A DNA stretch of 64,000 nucleotides from assembly GCA_020137815.1 (NCBI GenBank), contig CM035357.1, forward strand, positions 4,278,001 to 4,342,000. The letters run 5' to 3'. Made by a program: the position numbers and the translations under genes. Below, piece after piece: positions 1 to 13,180 of this stretch. Origin of the DNA: Hormiphora californensis. Taxonomy: Eukaryota > Animalia > Ctenophora. The notes under the pieces are model-generated. The model was not told the origin of the DNA and made no database searches. It was given only the letters and a program-made list of their open reading frames with translations. Positions within the stretch are counted from its first letter, which is position 1, and the number at the start of each line of letters is the position of its first letter.

Positions 1-3000
1 TGGGGACTATCAACAGGACAGTGACACGATCCATCTGTAGTAGGGGAGAGATAGGGAGCAGTTTAGTTGGGGAAGACAGCTAGAGAGAGTGCATGGTTTA
101 GTTGGGGAAGTGAGGGTGAAATGGACACAATCACCAGTCATGACAATCAGAAGACCGGTATCAGTAATGAAACGCCGAAACCTAATGTCCCATGCAATGA
201 GAGTGGTCATCCGACATAATTGTCACAGCTCGACGAGAAATTCGACGTGAATCTCGACCTGGAATGAGGCGCGCATTCGTAGTGAGAGAGACACAAAGAC
301 TAGCGCGAGAGAAGAGTTGAAGCGCGACATCATTTTCTTACTGCGGCACATCTCTCTGATGCGCGCCTCATTCCAGGTCGAGATTCACGTCGAATTTCAC
401 GTCGGAATATGTCGGAGGACCACTGTGAGACATATATACCCACCCTTCTTGCAGGAATAAGACTTGTTTGCGAAGATGGATGTCTCCCAAAGAAAGGGGA
501 GTTGACAGTCGGATCGATCAACGTCGTACTGACAGACATCAACTAACTCATAGTCTGAAGATATATTGGTGATTATAGATTCACACTGAAATTCAGGTCC
601 AATTATTTTGGGATATGATTGATGGATATATGTACCCACTTCTGGGGTACGATATTATCATGCAGCATATGAATCTATGATTAATGTCAAAAAACATGAT
701 TGATATGATCATGATTAAAAAACCTATACCCATGGTTGCCGAGTTAGACTTTAGATTTTATAAAATAAAAAAAAGAGTTTGAACAAAACAAACCCATGGT
801 GGAGGAGTTGACGTTGTGTATAATTTGAAGCTGTTGAATCAGAGCACGGAACCCGCTCCTACACGTGGAATCATCTGAATTGTCAAACTCTATCCGACCC
901 TGTAGAACACATATTATTGGTTACTAATCAGGTTAGAGCCGGTTACGAGCCTGCCTGAGGATCATTATTGGAAGAGAGATTTGTTTGTGAATGATGTATA
1001 AGTTGGTAACAAAATAAGGAAAGAGAGGAGTTTAGTAAGACTAATAATATTAGTTTTTATCTCACCGATGCGCCACCAAATGTCAGCTCCTTAGTAACTT
1101 GGACGAGGTGGGAGGACATGTTGCCCTGTCTCTCTAACAACCCCTTTAGAAGGTACTCCCTCGTATCAACACTGTTCTCCTCGCTCAAATCAACCAATCC
1201 TGTAATGATAATGGGTTGGTGGAGAACTCTGCACTGTTCGGACGTCTGGTGAAGTTAAAGTATAATCAATTATGTAATTGATTAGCTAAATATGCTAGCA
1301 ATTAATTAAGTGTTGTTAGTTAAATATCCTATCGATTAACTCAATTTTGTTAGCTAATATATTAATTGTACCCGTTGTGTAGTTAAAATGATATAGGAAC
1401 TGGTGAAGGCCCATAGCGAGGGTCCAAACTGAATCATACATGAGACTACCCGCTTTTTCCTCCTTTGCACAGCTACAGTTATCCTGGGATGGGCGATTAA
1501 CTAGTTGATAATTGGGTCAATGGTTCATACCCATGCTGTATACTGAAATCACAGCTATGCCACAAAAAATTGAAACCAAGAAATCACTACCTACTGTAAA
1601 TGCGCCTAACAGATTTGGTAGAAATTACTCCAACTCTCTCCCTAGCATATATCCCTATAGGGACTGACAATGTGTATTATAATATAGATAACCCCGGTTA
1701 GTAGAGGGATGAAATCTGATATACCAGCCTATTAGGCTGGTATATCAATACGATATCCACGAGGAACGGAGTGACGAGGGGAATATCGTGTGATAATCCC
1801 CGTAGGGGATTATCAAATTTCATCACTTTACTAGCCGTGGTTATTTCTTATAAAACGACCCCGGGAATTATGAAAGGTGTGAAAACAGAGGGAGGGAATT
1901 ATTTGATATACCACAGTAGACTGCGGGAAATATCAGCAGGGGGGGTGGTTTATAAGACGTCCCATCCCCCCTAATTCCTAACATACCCTCCACAGTCCAC
2001 ACATAAATTCTACTAGAAGGACTGAGTTGGGTGAAACAAACCTACCCTCCATTCCTCGTTGTAGAGTGTGTTGTAAGAGTCCCATGTCTCGTTAAACGTG
2101 TACCCGTTGTCCAGATATGCCTCCGTTGTGTTCCATTGAAAATGGGCCGTCACATACCTGGATATATGGAGGGATAAGGATATATGGATATGGATATGGA
2201 TTGGAGGTTGGATCCATTGCAACCTATTCTCGCTCCGCGAGTAATACTGGGTGTTCATTTTTGATCTTTACAAGCGTTGGCCTTTACCCAGAAAAAAGTT
2301 GACAAGATCAGGTCATGAAACTTCATACTTGGACTATTATATACCCTCATTCAAGGTTCCTGGGGGTTTTGGAGCTTCAGGACCCTGGGAAGTGTGTTTT
2401 TGGCATCAAAACTACCAGAAGGAATTTTTTGCTGGTGCTGAGACTTTGCTAAAATGTTTTTTGGGTATTTTCTATGTCAATCCTAAAGTTTCAGAGAGAT
2501 TGGATGTGTTTTTCGGACTCAAAATTTCGATAAAAGTGGCTGGAAAGGCTCGAAAACAGCTCAAAAACGGCTAAAATTGAGTCTTTCCAGCCACTTTTTA
2601 CGAAATTTTGAGTCTGAAAAACACATCCAATCCCTATGAAACTTTAGGATTGACATAGAAAATACCCAAAAAATATTTTAGCAAAGTCTCAGCACCAGCA
2701 AAAAATTCCTTCTGGTAGTTTTGATGCCAAAAACACACTTCCCAGGGTCCTAAAGCTCCAAAACCCCCGGGAACCTTGAATGAGGGTATAAAATAGTCCA
2801 AGTATGAAGTTTCATGACCTAATCTTGTCAACTTTTTTCTGGGTGAAGCCCAACGCTTGTAAAGATCCAAAATGAACACCCTGTATGTATCAGTATGTGA
2901 GATCGATCTCAGTCGCACGCGACGTCGATCTCACTCAGGTGTCAATGTCACCAAGATTGGGGGGATGATACACATTTGGAAAATGATTGTTAACTTACGT

Positions 3001-6000
3001 CCCTACGGCCATCAGAATGTCCTCCTTAGAACAGGTCCCCTTTTTAACTCGTCTTATCCAGGTGTCACTAAAACTGCTCGGCAAAATCCACACCCTCCTT
3101 CCTTCAAGGACAGGTGATTCGGAGAGAAACCCCAGTTTAAAGGCAATGCAAAACACGTCATAGGCATCATCCTCACCGAAATTAGCAACAATTATCCGTG
3201 CGTTGTTACTCTGAAATAAGATGTGTTTATGAAGGAGCAAAAATTATCCGTTTGATGAAATCAAGTTTGATGAAGGAGTAGCTGGAAAGTTTGATGAAGG
3301 AGCAGAAAGAAACCTTGATGGAGGAGCAGTTTGAAAGTTTCATGAAGGAGCAGCTAGAAATAAAGTTTGATGAAGGAAGAGTAATATATTTTCAGCTTAC
3401 CATGAGTTGTTCCACAGCAATTTTAATTGCGTCTAGGTTGGAAGAAGTAAAGGAGTAACGAAACAAACTCTCCGTTCTTTTATCAAACGCTCCCAGTACC
3501 TGAAAGAATTAAGAATCCATAATTCTGTTGATATTTCATGAGCCGAGAGATTCAAGTTGTCGGCGACTGGATTTACTGATTGAAGCCAGATGTGCGCTAA
3601 TTTTTGACACATTTTTCGTCTACATCCATCCTGTCAGAAACATAATTCTCTTTTGAAAATGAAATATACTAGTATAGTACTAGTAATTCAATGATCGAAT
3701 CCTCAATCCTGCTCATATGAAGGTATGTACCTCTATACTATTATGAAATACCGGGTGTTTCTTTTGATACACATCACTAGAACAGCTCTGTAATAATGGC
3801 TGGAGCTGTCACACGATATGTGGTAGCAGCTCGGCGGGGGGGGGGGGCAGCTCGTTACGCGGATTGTTCTCATTAAATTCAAACTAACCAGCTCCAGAGC
3901 TGCTCCTTTCTGATCACATTACTCTGTCTCATTACAGTCCCGCAACACTGCGATCACATGAAGCTATCTATTTCCATCAATACCACTATAATATATCACC
4001 TTATATTCTTCTCTTAGTTCTAGGTATCAACCTTTAGACATTGAAACCCTTGTTCATGGTAACAGTGTGATAACTGCAGCAGGTGATGCAGATGGTATGC
4101 ATGGATAACCTGTCAGAGCATTGGTCTGACCCATTCTCGCGCGAGAACTGTGGTCAGAGCATTGGCCTGACAGTGGATAACAGTCTCACTACATAACAGC
4201 TGCTTCACCATGCACTGTCTTATGAAACTGTTTGAACATAAAACTATTGTCTCTAACCAATGGGGCCGGGGGGTTGAACAAAATGTTATGAGAAGAAGGA
4301 GGAGGAGGCACTTGATCAATGCTCATTCGTCATTCCAAGAAGTAACGTAAAACTGACAGAGTGGTAAACTCCATCACGTGTAGTCTAGACTAACGTTCTA
4401 ATCCTTTCAAAGTGTCCTTCCTTCGAGCAATTCCCCTTGTGTCACATAGTTACAAACGGCAATTGCCTCGATTACATATATCTCCCTCTGTCTCTATCTC
4501 TCTATCTCTCCCTTATAATCTTTATATGAGGTATAAACTCTTGCCAGTGGCGCGTTATTTCAGATACCTTTCTCCCAGCGCGCCGCTGGGAGAAGGTAGC
4601 TGTAGTTTATCCGCCACTGGCGGATAAACTGGTTTAAATCACGACGACGATCCCGAGGCGTAGCCGAGGGAGAGGCGGAGGGGTTTAAACCTATAACGCG
4701 TCTGTGGCAAGAGTTTATAGGTTATATACCCTGCTTTAGTTGTTTGTTACAAGTATTACACACTAACAAGAGAGAGAACACTAATCAAAACACACAAAGA
4801 GAACTGAGAAACAGTCAAAAACATCTCTCAATTGAGTGTACATTGTTTGGTAACAGTTACTAAGGAGAGAGAGAAAGAAATAACAAGATATGGGGCATGC
4901 CAGACATAACACAGAGGAATTGAGATAGTGAAACAAAAGGGAAGATAAAGAGAGAGTAATTGACGGAATGTGTTGTTTCTTTCTCTCCAATTTAGTGTGT
5001 AACTCTTCCAAACAGTGTTCCCTCTGTATTTCAGTAAGAACTGATCATTTACACACACTTTGAATGTAACATAGGAGTTAAAAATAAATAACCTGCCAGT
5101 GGGAAATAATCTGCCGCTGGACTGGCTGGTTATCGAGAGCGCGCTAGTGGGACTGGCGCATTATTTAAGTTAGCAGGGTATATATCTCTCTCACCCTTTC
5201 TCTCTTGACTATTTCCACATCCCTAGCTGGCACGATCCCCATACAGTCTGCACTGATTTCACGCATTCACACTGTGTTGAGAGTCTGGACTGATTCAAAC
5301 ACACTGACACGGAGACATGCGCTACCAACACCCCTCCCATCACAAACTACAGCCTAGCAACACCCCTCCAATCACAAACTACAGCCTAGCACATCCCTCT
5401 CCCGTCACACCCAGCCTAGCACGTCCCCCCGTAGCACTTGTCAAGCTGATTGAAATGTATCAAGATGTGAAAGTATAATAAGGAATTTAGAGTCTTTTTA
5501 AGTCTGTATGAAAAACGAGAATCTATCTCAATTCTGTATCTCAATAAAGATTCAAACTCACAGATTTTCGGAAGGAATTCATCTCTCCTTCTCCGGTTAA
5601 AATGTGCACTTTCTTCCATCCGCAGTGGTCGGATAACTTGAAGACAGCGTCGTAAATATGTGTCTCCAGAGGGTGAAGTCGTAATGAGTTTCTATAACTG
5701 ATGGGGATTGGAGGAGTTGAACGAGTTTATGAATGAGACGTTTGAGGGATTGTTTTATGAAGGAGCAGCTAGAAAATTTGATGAAGGAGCAGTTAGAAAG
5801 TGTGAAGTTGATGAACAAATCTGCCTCCAATTGTATTGTGAAATTACCTGTGCCGTGATTAATGTTAATTACTCACATGTACTGGGCTGTACCTCCATGT
5901 CCTCCTCTATCATAAGCACTGTCATCCTCCTCACTAAATTCCGCACTGGACGCAGTGGGACTAATCTGACGAGGGAGTTGTGTAACAATTATACAGCGCT

Positions 6001-7476
6001 TAATAGCTCTAGATATCTAGCTCAGGCATCTGACGCTACGGATATAATGATGTGATTGGGGTTCCTGATCTTCAACCCGAACTACGAATGATGTCATTAT
6101 CATTATACCCATATTTGTTTATGCCCATATTTGGACACCTACCGAAATGTAGTTAAAGAAGGGCGCCATTTCGCTGATATACTTTGTAACGTCTGTAAAG
6201 ATGGGGCCTACAATGCCAACGTACTCCCGCTGATCATTCCTGCCTATGAAACTAAATAGCTCGTGTATCGCCTTGCCTGGCTCTGCCTGTTGGGGTGGGA
6301 GTTGTGTTGTCAATTGTCATGGGGTGGGAGTTGTGTTGTCATGGGGATGGGAGTTGTGTTGTCATGGGGGTGGGAGTTGTGTTGTCATGGGGATGGGAGT
6401 TGTGTTGTCATGGGGATGGGAGTTGTGTTGTCATGGGGATGGGAGTTGTGTTGTCATGGGGATGGGAGTTGTGTTGTCATGGGGATGGGAGTTGTGTTGT
6501 CATGGGGGTGTGAGTTGTGTTGTCATGGGGATGGGAGTTGTGTTGTCATGGGGGTGGGAGTTGTGTTGTCATGGGGATGGGAGTTGTGTTGTCATGGGGA
6601 TGGGAGTTGTGTTGTCATGGGGATGGGAGTTGTGTTGTCATGGGGATGGGAGTTGTGTTGTCATGGGGATGGGAGTTGTGTTGTCATGGGGATGGGAGTT
6701 GTGTTGTCATGGGGATGGGAGTTGTGTTGTCATGGGGATGGGAGTTGTGTTGTCATGGGATGGGAGTTATGTTGTCATGGGGGTGGGAGTTGTGTTGTCA
6801 TGGGATGGGAGTTATGTTGTCATGGGGGTGGGAGTTGTGTTGTCATGGGATGGGAGTTATGTTGTCATGGGGGTGGGAGTTGTGTTGTCACAGAATTTTA
6901 TGTTTTACAAGATAGTAGATACAAAGGTATGTTACAATATGAATACTAACTAGGTAGTAGGTATTTGGGTCACATGGCCTGGCCCATGGGCTGAGGGGTT
7001 TACCTGAGTGTTAAACCAGGTTATTTCAACTGTGTAGTCCGGTAAATAGTCGGTAGAATTATTAATTTGTTCCATAGCAACCATCCCCATGGGGATGAGT
7101 CCCTTACTTTCCGAGTATATATCATCTGTATCTCCCGGGACAAATAGGCCAACTTTTAGAGTTTCTTTTAGTGCTCCTGAAAGCAGATTAAACTTTAAAA
7201 TTTAGAGCACCCAAATTATGTTAGAGATCAGAGTCGTCCCCGACGGTAGCTAACTGATACAAGTTAATGGCTACCCTGGACCCTGGTCCCTGGTTGTTAT
7301 TAAATAGGACCAGTCCAGAAGTAAAACACGTTCTGTCTGGCGGCGCCACTGGCGCCAGACCCCATTTTGATTCTCAGTGCGATCAGATCGGGTCGGCGAC
7401 GCCAAACAGAAAACGTTAGGTTACCTGTTCTAATAAGAGAGCTGAGTAGAATAATAAAATACCGACAAACCAACAT
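1..7476 (-). CDS. GABA-B-receptor-like class C GPCR, signal peptide plus Venus-flytrap domain; the 7TM part would lie beyond the window start
   Basis: Phase-consistent GT-AG exons: 7476-7425 (MLVCRYFIILLSSLIRT), 7176-7004 (VAMEQINNSTDYLPDYTVEITWFNTQ), 6286-6143 (AEPGKAIHELF..GIVGPIFTDVT), 5965-5877 (ISPTASS), 5697-5562 (RLHP..GWKKVHILT), 3499-3401, 3210-2999 (ARIIVANFGEDDAYDVFCIAF..WILP), 2157-2046, 1483-1372 (MYDSVWTLAMGL), 1199-1066 (TFGGAS), 899-794 (GRIEF), 554-444, 34-<1 (CPVDSP). Motif order matches the GABA-B VFT from memory. Confidence 0.85.
201..425. mobile_element. MITE with TGA target-site duplication (Harbinger-like)
   Basis: Termini gagtggtcatccgacata / tatgtcggaggaccactg, inner ~40-bp inverted repeat 237-276 vs 359-399, TGA on both flanks. 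Confidence 0.8.
1682..1956. mobile_element. Non-autonomous element with A..A'B..B' architecture (divergent member)
   Basis: 1688-1720 pairs with 1812-1844; adjacent 1847-1861 pairs with 1943-1956; internal hairpins at 1718-1746 and 1791-1815. Confidence 0.65.
2247..2883. mobile_element. Foldback MITE, Tc1/mariner-type
   Basis: Near-perfect ~637-bp palindrome, C(A/T)GGGTGTTC termini, TA flanks; lies in a GPCR intron. Confidence 0.9.
3228..3376. repeat. Degenerate tandem repeat (tttgatgaaggagcag), related copy at ~5755-5815
   Basis: Repeated motif visible in two introns of the GPCR gene. Confidence 0.7.
4523..5184. mobile_element. Non-autonomous element with A..A'B..B' architecture
   Basis: tataaactcttgcca 4532-4546 pairs with 4705-4719; tatataccctgct 4723-4735 pairs with 5172-5184; ccgaggcgtagccgagg core; homologous to 56765-57451. 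Confidence 0.8.
6293..6890. repeat. 23-bp minisatellite (gggagttgtgttgtcatggggat), ~26 copies, intronic
   Basis: Direct tandem array; explains spurious ORFs 6246-6953. Confidence 0.95.
7331..7411. repeat. Short palindromic dispersed element (tctgtctggcggcgcc..ggcgacgccaaacaga)
   Basis: Related copies at ~30212-30283, 35928-35982, 39826-39895 and 40335-40400. Confidence 0.65.
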
Positions 7477-9586
7477 GCTCTGTTCACCTAGTCAGAGTTA
7501 TATCTGATTAATAAACTATCAATTCTCATACCCCACAAATAATCCATTATTTACATTTTACAGGCATTCACTAATTTCTAAATTACTAAGCGGTGAAGTC
7601 AAAGCTAAGAAACAGGCTAAGTGGTTTAAAACGTGGCAAATATAAAGCATAGAATAGTATGGGCTTAGAACTCAAACTAATGGCATGGCTCTTAGATCAA
7701 AGGGCAACAAAAAATAGTTTTTAAAACAAAAGAAAAGGCAACATTTGATCCGCCATTTAGCGATAGTGTAACATTACAAAACAGAGTGACAGTCAGTATG
7801 AAATGTTATAAGTGGGACGTGAAGCAGCTGAGGAAAATGGAAAGGCTTAGCTAGTCAGTGAGAATAAATGGTAGAGAAGAATAGAGCGAAAGGGAAATGA
7901 TAGAGAACGAACATCAGAGACAACTGCAGAGAAAGGGAAATGTTAGAGAGGAGAAAAAACTGTGATGGAGAACGAGAAATGAGAGAGATTTTATGAGCTG
8001 TTTTTATGTGGCAATTACTTATGTGAAACACATGTGTCCAAATTTCACTTTCTCTTTCACACTTCCTGTCAACTTCTTCCCTCTCTCTCTCACACTATCT
8101 AATTCTCATTCGCTCATTCTCTCATTCTCTCTGACTCTCTGACTCTCTCTCCCTCTCTATCTTTCTTTCTTTCTCTCCCCTCTCCCTCCCTCCCTCCCCT
8201 CTCTATCTTCCTTTCTCTTCAGTGGGACATTCCAACACTAATTGAGAACGCGTTAATACATGCACTACATGCAGCCCTGCCAAGGTTTGAGCCACTTTAC
8301 ATTGCACCGTGGGAGTGGCATTGAGATAGAGATGCTGGGTTGTAGAAAGTTCCACGGGCACCGTTCTGGGATTCCATCTTCCCAGATTCTAGCACTGATG
8401 GTCGTGCGACCGTGGAAGAATGCTGCAATGAGATCACAGTGGACAGTGGTTTAGCATCGGGAAATAGAACCCAGATGCTGGCAGCATCTATCTCGAGATA
8501 GATCATACTGGGTTATTGGCCTGCACTCAATTGTACCACTGCATGTGGAGTCTTGATCAGAATCCACACGTCTCAATGAGGGTCTCAGAGAGAGAGTCTC
8601 ACATAGGGTCTCACATGGAGGTTCGTGTGCTGATCAGCATGCAATATGTGACTACTACTGCAGTAGGTATGTACTACCAAATAGGTTACACAATCGATCG
8701 GCAGTATATAACTACTCGGATGTATGGTCTTGTAGGATATTAGAAGGATATTGCGATTATAAGAACCTATAACAGCTGGTGAGGCTATGAGATAGCTGGT
8801 GAGGAGAAAGCAAGCTGTAGTAGCTGAACATGTGCTAGGGATTATAGAGGAATGAAGTACTCGGGTACTATGACTAACTTGGGTACTAACTACTATGACT
8901 AACTAACTAACTTGGGTACTATGACTAACTAACTAACTTGGGTACTATGACTAGAACTAAACATGCTTTAGTTAGTAATTAGTACCCGAGAAGGTACTAC
9001 ATTCTTCTCTACTGAATTATAAGCTATGTTGACCTGTCACGTTCGATGTAGCTATGTGACAAAACGTGATATATTATACACGTGATATAGTCAGACATAA
9101 TTCCCAATCTATTAGTTTGTGTTACGTCACTAATTTCAAGACTGAAGGGGTTATGAACCAACTCTTAACCAACATCTCAAAGCCCTCTTATTCTCACAGA
9201 TCATTATTAAAATAACTAATATTAGTGGATTACAGAGCGCGAGAAGCATGGCATATTAACCCAATCTGATAGTTCCTCACTCAGTCTCTGATCGAGTATT
9301 GATCAAATTCAAAGCTAAGAACTATAAGGCGGTTTAGTATTACCTAGACTAAGACTAAAGATGAGAAACTCACACAATGAGAGAGGGAGATCAGATCACG
9401 ATGTTGTATACCAGTGATCTCTATTCTCTGTGCACCGATAAAAGAAGCTTCAAGGGTATACCTACTACTGACTGTGAGGCAGTGCAGGGTCTCTCCGTCT
9501 ATAGCTGACTAAAGATTGTAGGACTGCTCATTCAACACTATCTACACGAAGGTGCAATACCACCGTGCACGCGGTGCACAATAATT

Positions 9587-9627
9587 CCTCACAAAAGACT
9601 AATTCCGTGAATTAGTCTTTTGTGAGG
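9587..9627. repeat. Perfect 19-bp-stem hairpin
   Basis: cctcacaaaagactaattc-cgt-gaattagtcttttgtgagg. Confidence 0.85.
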
Positions 9628-10023
9628 TATAAACCATTCTAAATAAAAAGCCTCGCTTTCCCTTTCTTCTCCATCCCTTTATTCCTCTCTTTTTCTCTCG
9701 ATTTTTAGGTTTCTCCATTTTGGCAATTGATTGAATCGATAACAACTCAGAACTCGACTCATGACCACTCTGAGACACGAAATATGTTACAATTTATTAA
9801 ATATGGTCCAATATGACACCAGGTGTTTATCATGCCATGGATGGAGAGCCCTTTGACACCTTTCTAACTCATTTCTGGAGCCCCTCTCTCTTTCTCTCTC
9901 TCTCTCTCTCTATCTTTCTCTCTATCTCCCCCTCTCTCTTTTTCCTTCGCTAACTATCTTTCTCACCTGAGCTCTACTTACGGGAATGAATAAAACGTGT
10001 AGCAACAATACAAAGCTTACTCA

Positions 10024-11026
10024 TAGTAGGGACGAATCTTAATTTTTTGACTCACTATTTGGTGGAAAGCAAATTCCGGTTGTAACCCACCTATTTTGAC
10101 CCGCTGAACACGATCCCGTTCATAGGCAAGCTCGCAAAAGTGGAGAAAATGCCCAAATCGGCCACGCCCTTTTACCTGTATTTTCAGCCTGTAGCCAAAA
10201 ACATAAATCCTCTTAGAATAGGAGTAGAGACAAATCTGAGGGCACTAAAGTGATCAGCGCCCTCGCATTAGTGGGGGTAGGTGCTGGAATTAAGTCTCTA
10301 TCTCATCTCGTTAATTAGATAATTGGATAATTAGGTTTGCGCATAACCGTTTTTTGGCTATATGGCTATAGCCACTTAGGAATGGTTTAGAGACTTTTCA
10401 CTGGCGCCATTTTGTAGGCAATAGCCAAGTTATGGGGGGTCGACGTCGGACTTTTAAGCTCTATCTCCAACCGTTTAGCCGTTATTGGGCCTAAACAATG
10501 CTCAAAATCGGGCTTTTTACCGTTTTTCGCTCATTTTGAGCATCGATTTAGCCCAATAACGGCTAAACGGTTGGAGATAGAGCTTAAAAGTCCGACGTCG
10601 ACCCCCCATAACTTGGCTATTGTCTACAAAATGGCGCCAGTGAAAAGTCTCTAAACCATTCCTAAGTGGCTATAGCCATATAGCCAAAAACGGTTATGCG
10701 CAAACCTAATTATCCAATTATCTAATTAACCAGATGAGATAGAGACTTAATTCCAGCACCTAACCCCACTAATGCGAGGGCGCTGATCACTTTAGTGCCC
10801 TCAGATTTGTCTCTACTCCTATTCTAAGAGGAGTTATGTTTTTGGCTACAGGCTGAAAATACAGGTAAAAGGGCGTGGCCGATTTGGGCATTTTCTCCAC
10901 TTTTGCGAGCTTGCCTATGAACGGGATCGTGTTCAGCGGGTCAAAATAGGTGGGTTACAACCGGAATTTGCTTTCCACCAAATAGTGAGTCAGCCACTTC
11001 TTTTTATAAGAGATTCGTCCCTACTA
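10024..11026. mobile_element. 1-kb foldback MITE with TCA target-site duplication (Harbinger-like)
   Basis: Termini tagtagggacgaatct / agattcgtccctacta, ~480-bp near-perfect arms, TCA at 10021-10023 and 11027-11029. Confidence 0.92.
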
Positions 11027-12394
11027 TCAGGTCCAAGACAACAGGCCCCTATCTTATGACATAACCATAAACTATCATTATAATAAGCATCTGATGAACC
11101 GACATCAAATGAACCCAATTGAAACAATGATATGAATATGTTTTAACATATTGCTTCTAGCACAAAATATATGACAATTTCTATCAACTCCAGCAGGGAA
11201 AATAATCAGTCTCAAAATAGCAGGCTACAGTCGACATCGCGGCACTAGGAAAAGGCTTCACATTTCGATAGGTCCCATGCTTCACATGTTCCATTGTTCC
11301 CCCATGGTGCTTATGCTGATGATCCAAGTACAATGACAACTACACAAGTGCGCTATTGGGGTCATGAGGGAGGGGAGCTACTATATATACGTATTATAGT
11401 AGTGAGATAGTGGGGCCTTGGGGGTGCTTATGCTGATTGATGAGTGAGATATACTTGAACAGACATGTGGCTCGACACCCCCTCCAGCTCCCCGCTCGAG
11501 AGCTCTGAACTAAATGGTGGTAGTAACTGGTGCAGCAGATGGCGAATTGATCTTAGTAATTGTACAACATCTGAGTAAGGGCGGTAATTGCAGGATAGGG
11601 TAAACAAAGACAGGATGACATAACCCAGCAGCTGAGAGGGATGGAGGGAGTAGTAGACAACTCGACTTGGTTTGTTCTATAAACCCTCCTTTACAGTTTA
11701 CATTTCCGCGGGCGGTCAGCGGAGCACACGGAAAGAGGGTCGAGCGAGGCCAAACTCGACAGAGCTCACAGTGGTCAAGAAAAAAAAGGAAATTTCAATT
11801 TCATAAACTGACTAACTTTGTGAATTAGTATTGTCCCATAGCGATAGTTTATCACAAACTTAGGAACGACAAGAGACTATTCACTATACGAATTGATTCC
11901 GAGAGATCAAGAAGTGTTGTTTATAGTTGAGTTTAAACAACATCTCTCTCGTTCAACATTACACCGCCTGATCACTGATCGGATCTAGTGATCATATGAT
12001 AACCTTTCTCACTCTCTCGCTTTCTCTCCCAACGATCGAGCTTTCTCTCCCAACTATAGAGCTCTCGATTGCTCCCTCTCTCAACTATCCCTATCCCTCT
12101 TGTCGGTATGACCAAAAAGGAAGAATTTGACAGATCGACTATCTAGCGAGTAGCTAGGGAGACGGTATAGTTTGGCTCAACGTGGTACTAAAAGTAAGGT
12201 ATAGGTGTAACATGGTCACGTGCAGTTACACATGTAACAATCGCATGATGTTACACAGGTCACGTTGCAGCTGGATCAAAGACGTACCATCGGAAACTGT
12301 CTAGTTTTACAAATTAGGCAACTATAAGATTAGACATTCCTAGAACTGTCTAGTTTGTAAACTGGACAATCAATTAAATATTGTCTAGTCTTTA

Positions 12395-12477
12395 CCCTAC
12401 TAAAATTTAGTTCGACGTTCGATTGATTAACGATTGATTAACGATTGATATCAATCGTTAATCAATCGTTAGTAGGG
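12395..12477. mobile_element. Small palindromic MITE, TA-flanked
   Basis: ta-ccctactaa ... ttagtaggg-ta with internal cgattgattaa repeats in both orientations. Confidence 0.65.
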
Positions 12478-13180
12478 TATCAGATACTTTTAGAGTACTT
12501 ACTTGCTAGAGATATAAGATTTCTAAAACATAATTCAGGTTTATGATCAGGCAAATAGTTCTATGATACAGACGTTTTAAAACCACTATGATGTGTTTCA
12601 AGATAAGTATTATCTATGCTGCATATGTATTGTGGCCAGAGCTCTATGATCTTTGGTTCATTTATACTCTCTCTATCCCTGGCTCTCTAAAACGTGACGT
12701 CATTTCAAAACGTTGCCTCGCGTACCCGCAAGTTAGGGGTGATTTCGTTACCAAGATAAATCCAATTGTCGGGGTGATAATATGCAGAGATAAAACTGAT
12801 TTACCGTGAATATATTCCCGAAATAATAACATTCATTCTAACGTAAAGTAATTATAATTATACTTTTTACAACAAGCAGAGTTTCCTAAAAACTCCCTGT
12901 AAATATGTACAAGTTCTGTACATATAGGTTGATCTCTTACATTATATAGGTCTAGTGACAAAGTGACAAAGTGACAAAGTTATAAAGTAGTTAGAAACTA
13001 TAAAGCAAGAATAACACTGCTGGCATGAATTTCAATAATAATTAATCATGAATATTATCACTAATATGAGTAGTGCTTTGTTAGACACACATGCACTGCA
13101 CTTTTCCAAGTATATAAGCTTCTTCGGATAGGCACTAGGCAAAAGTTAATGTCTCTTGTGGCAGAACATGTGTATAACGA

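Noticed and set aside
6246-6953. Long Cys/Gly/Val-rich ORFs
   Set aside because: Translations of the 23-bp intronic minisatellite; the units lack unique spacers, so this is not CRISPR either.
8330-8400. VPQGTVLG-like RT remnant
   Set aside because: Needs a frameshift and is too short to support.
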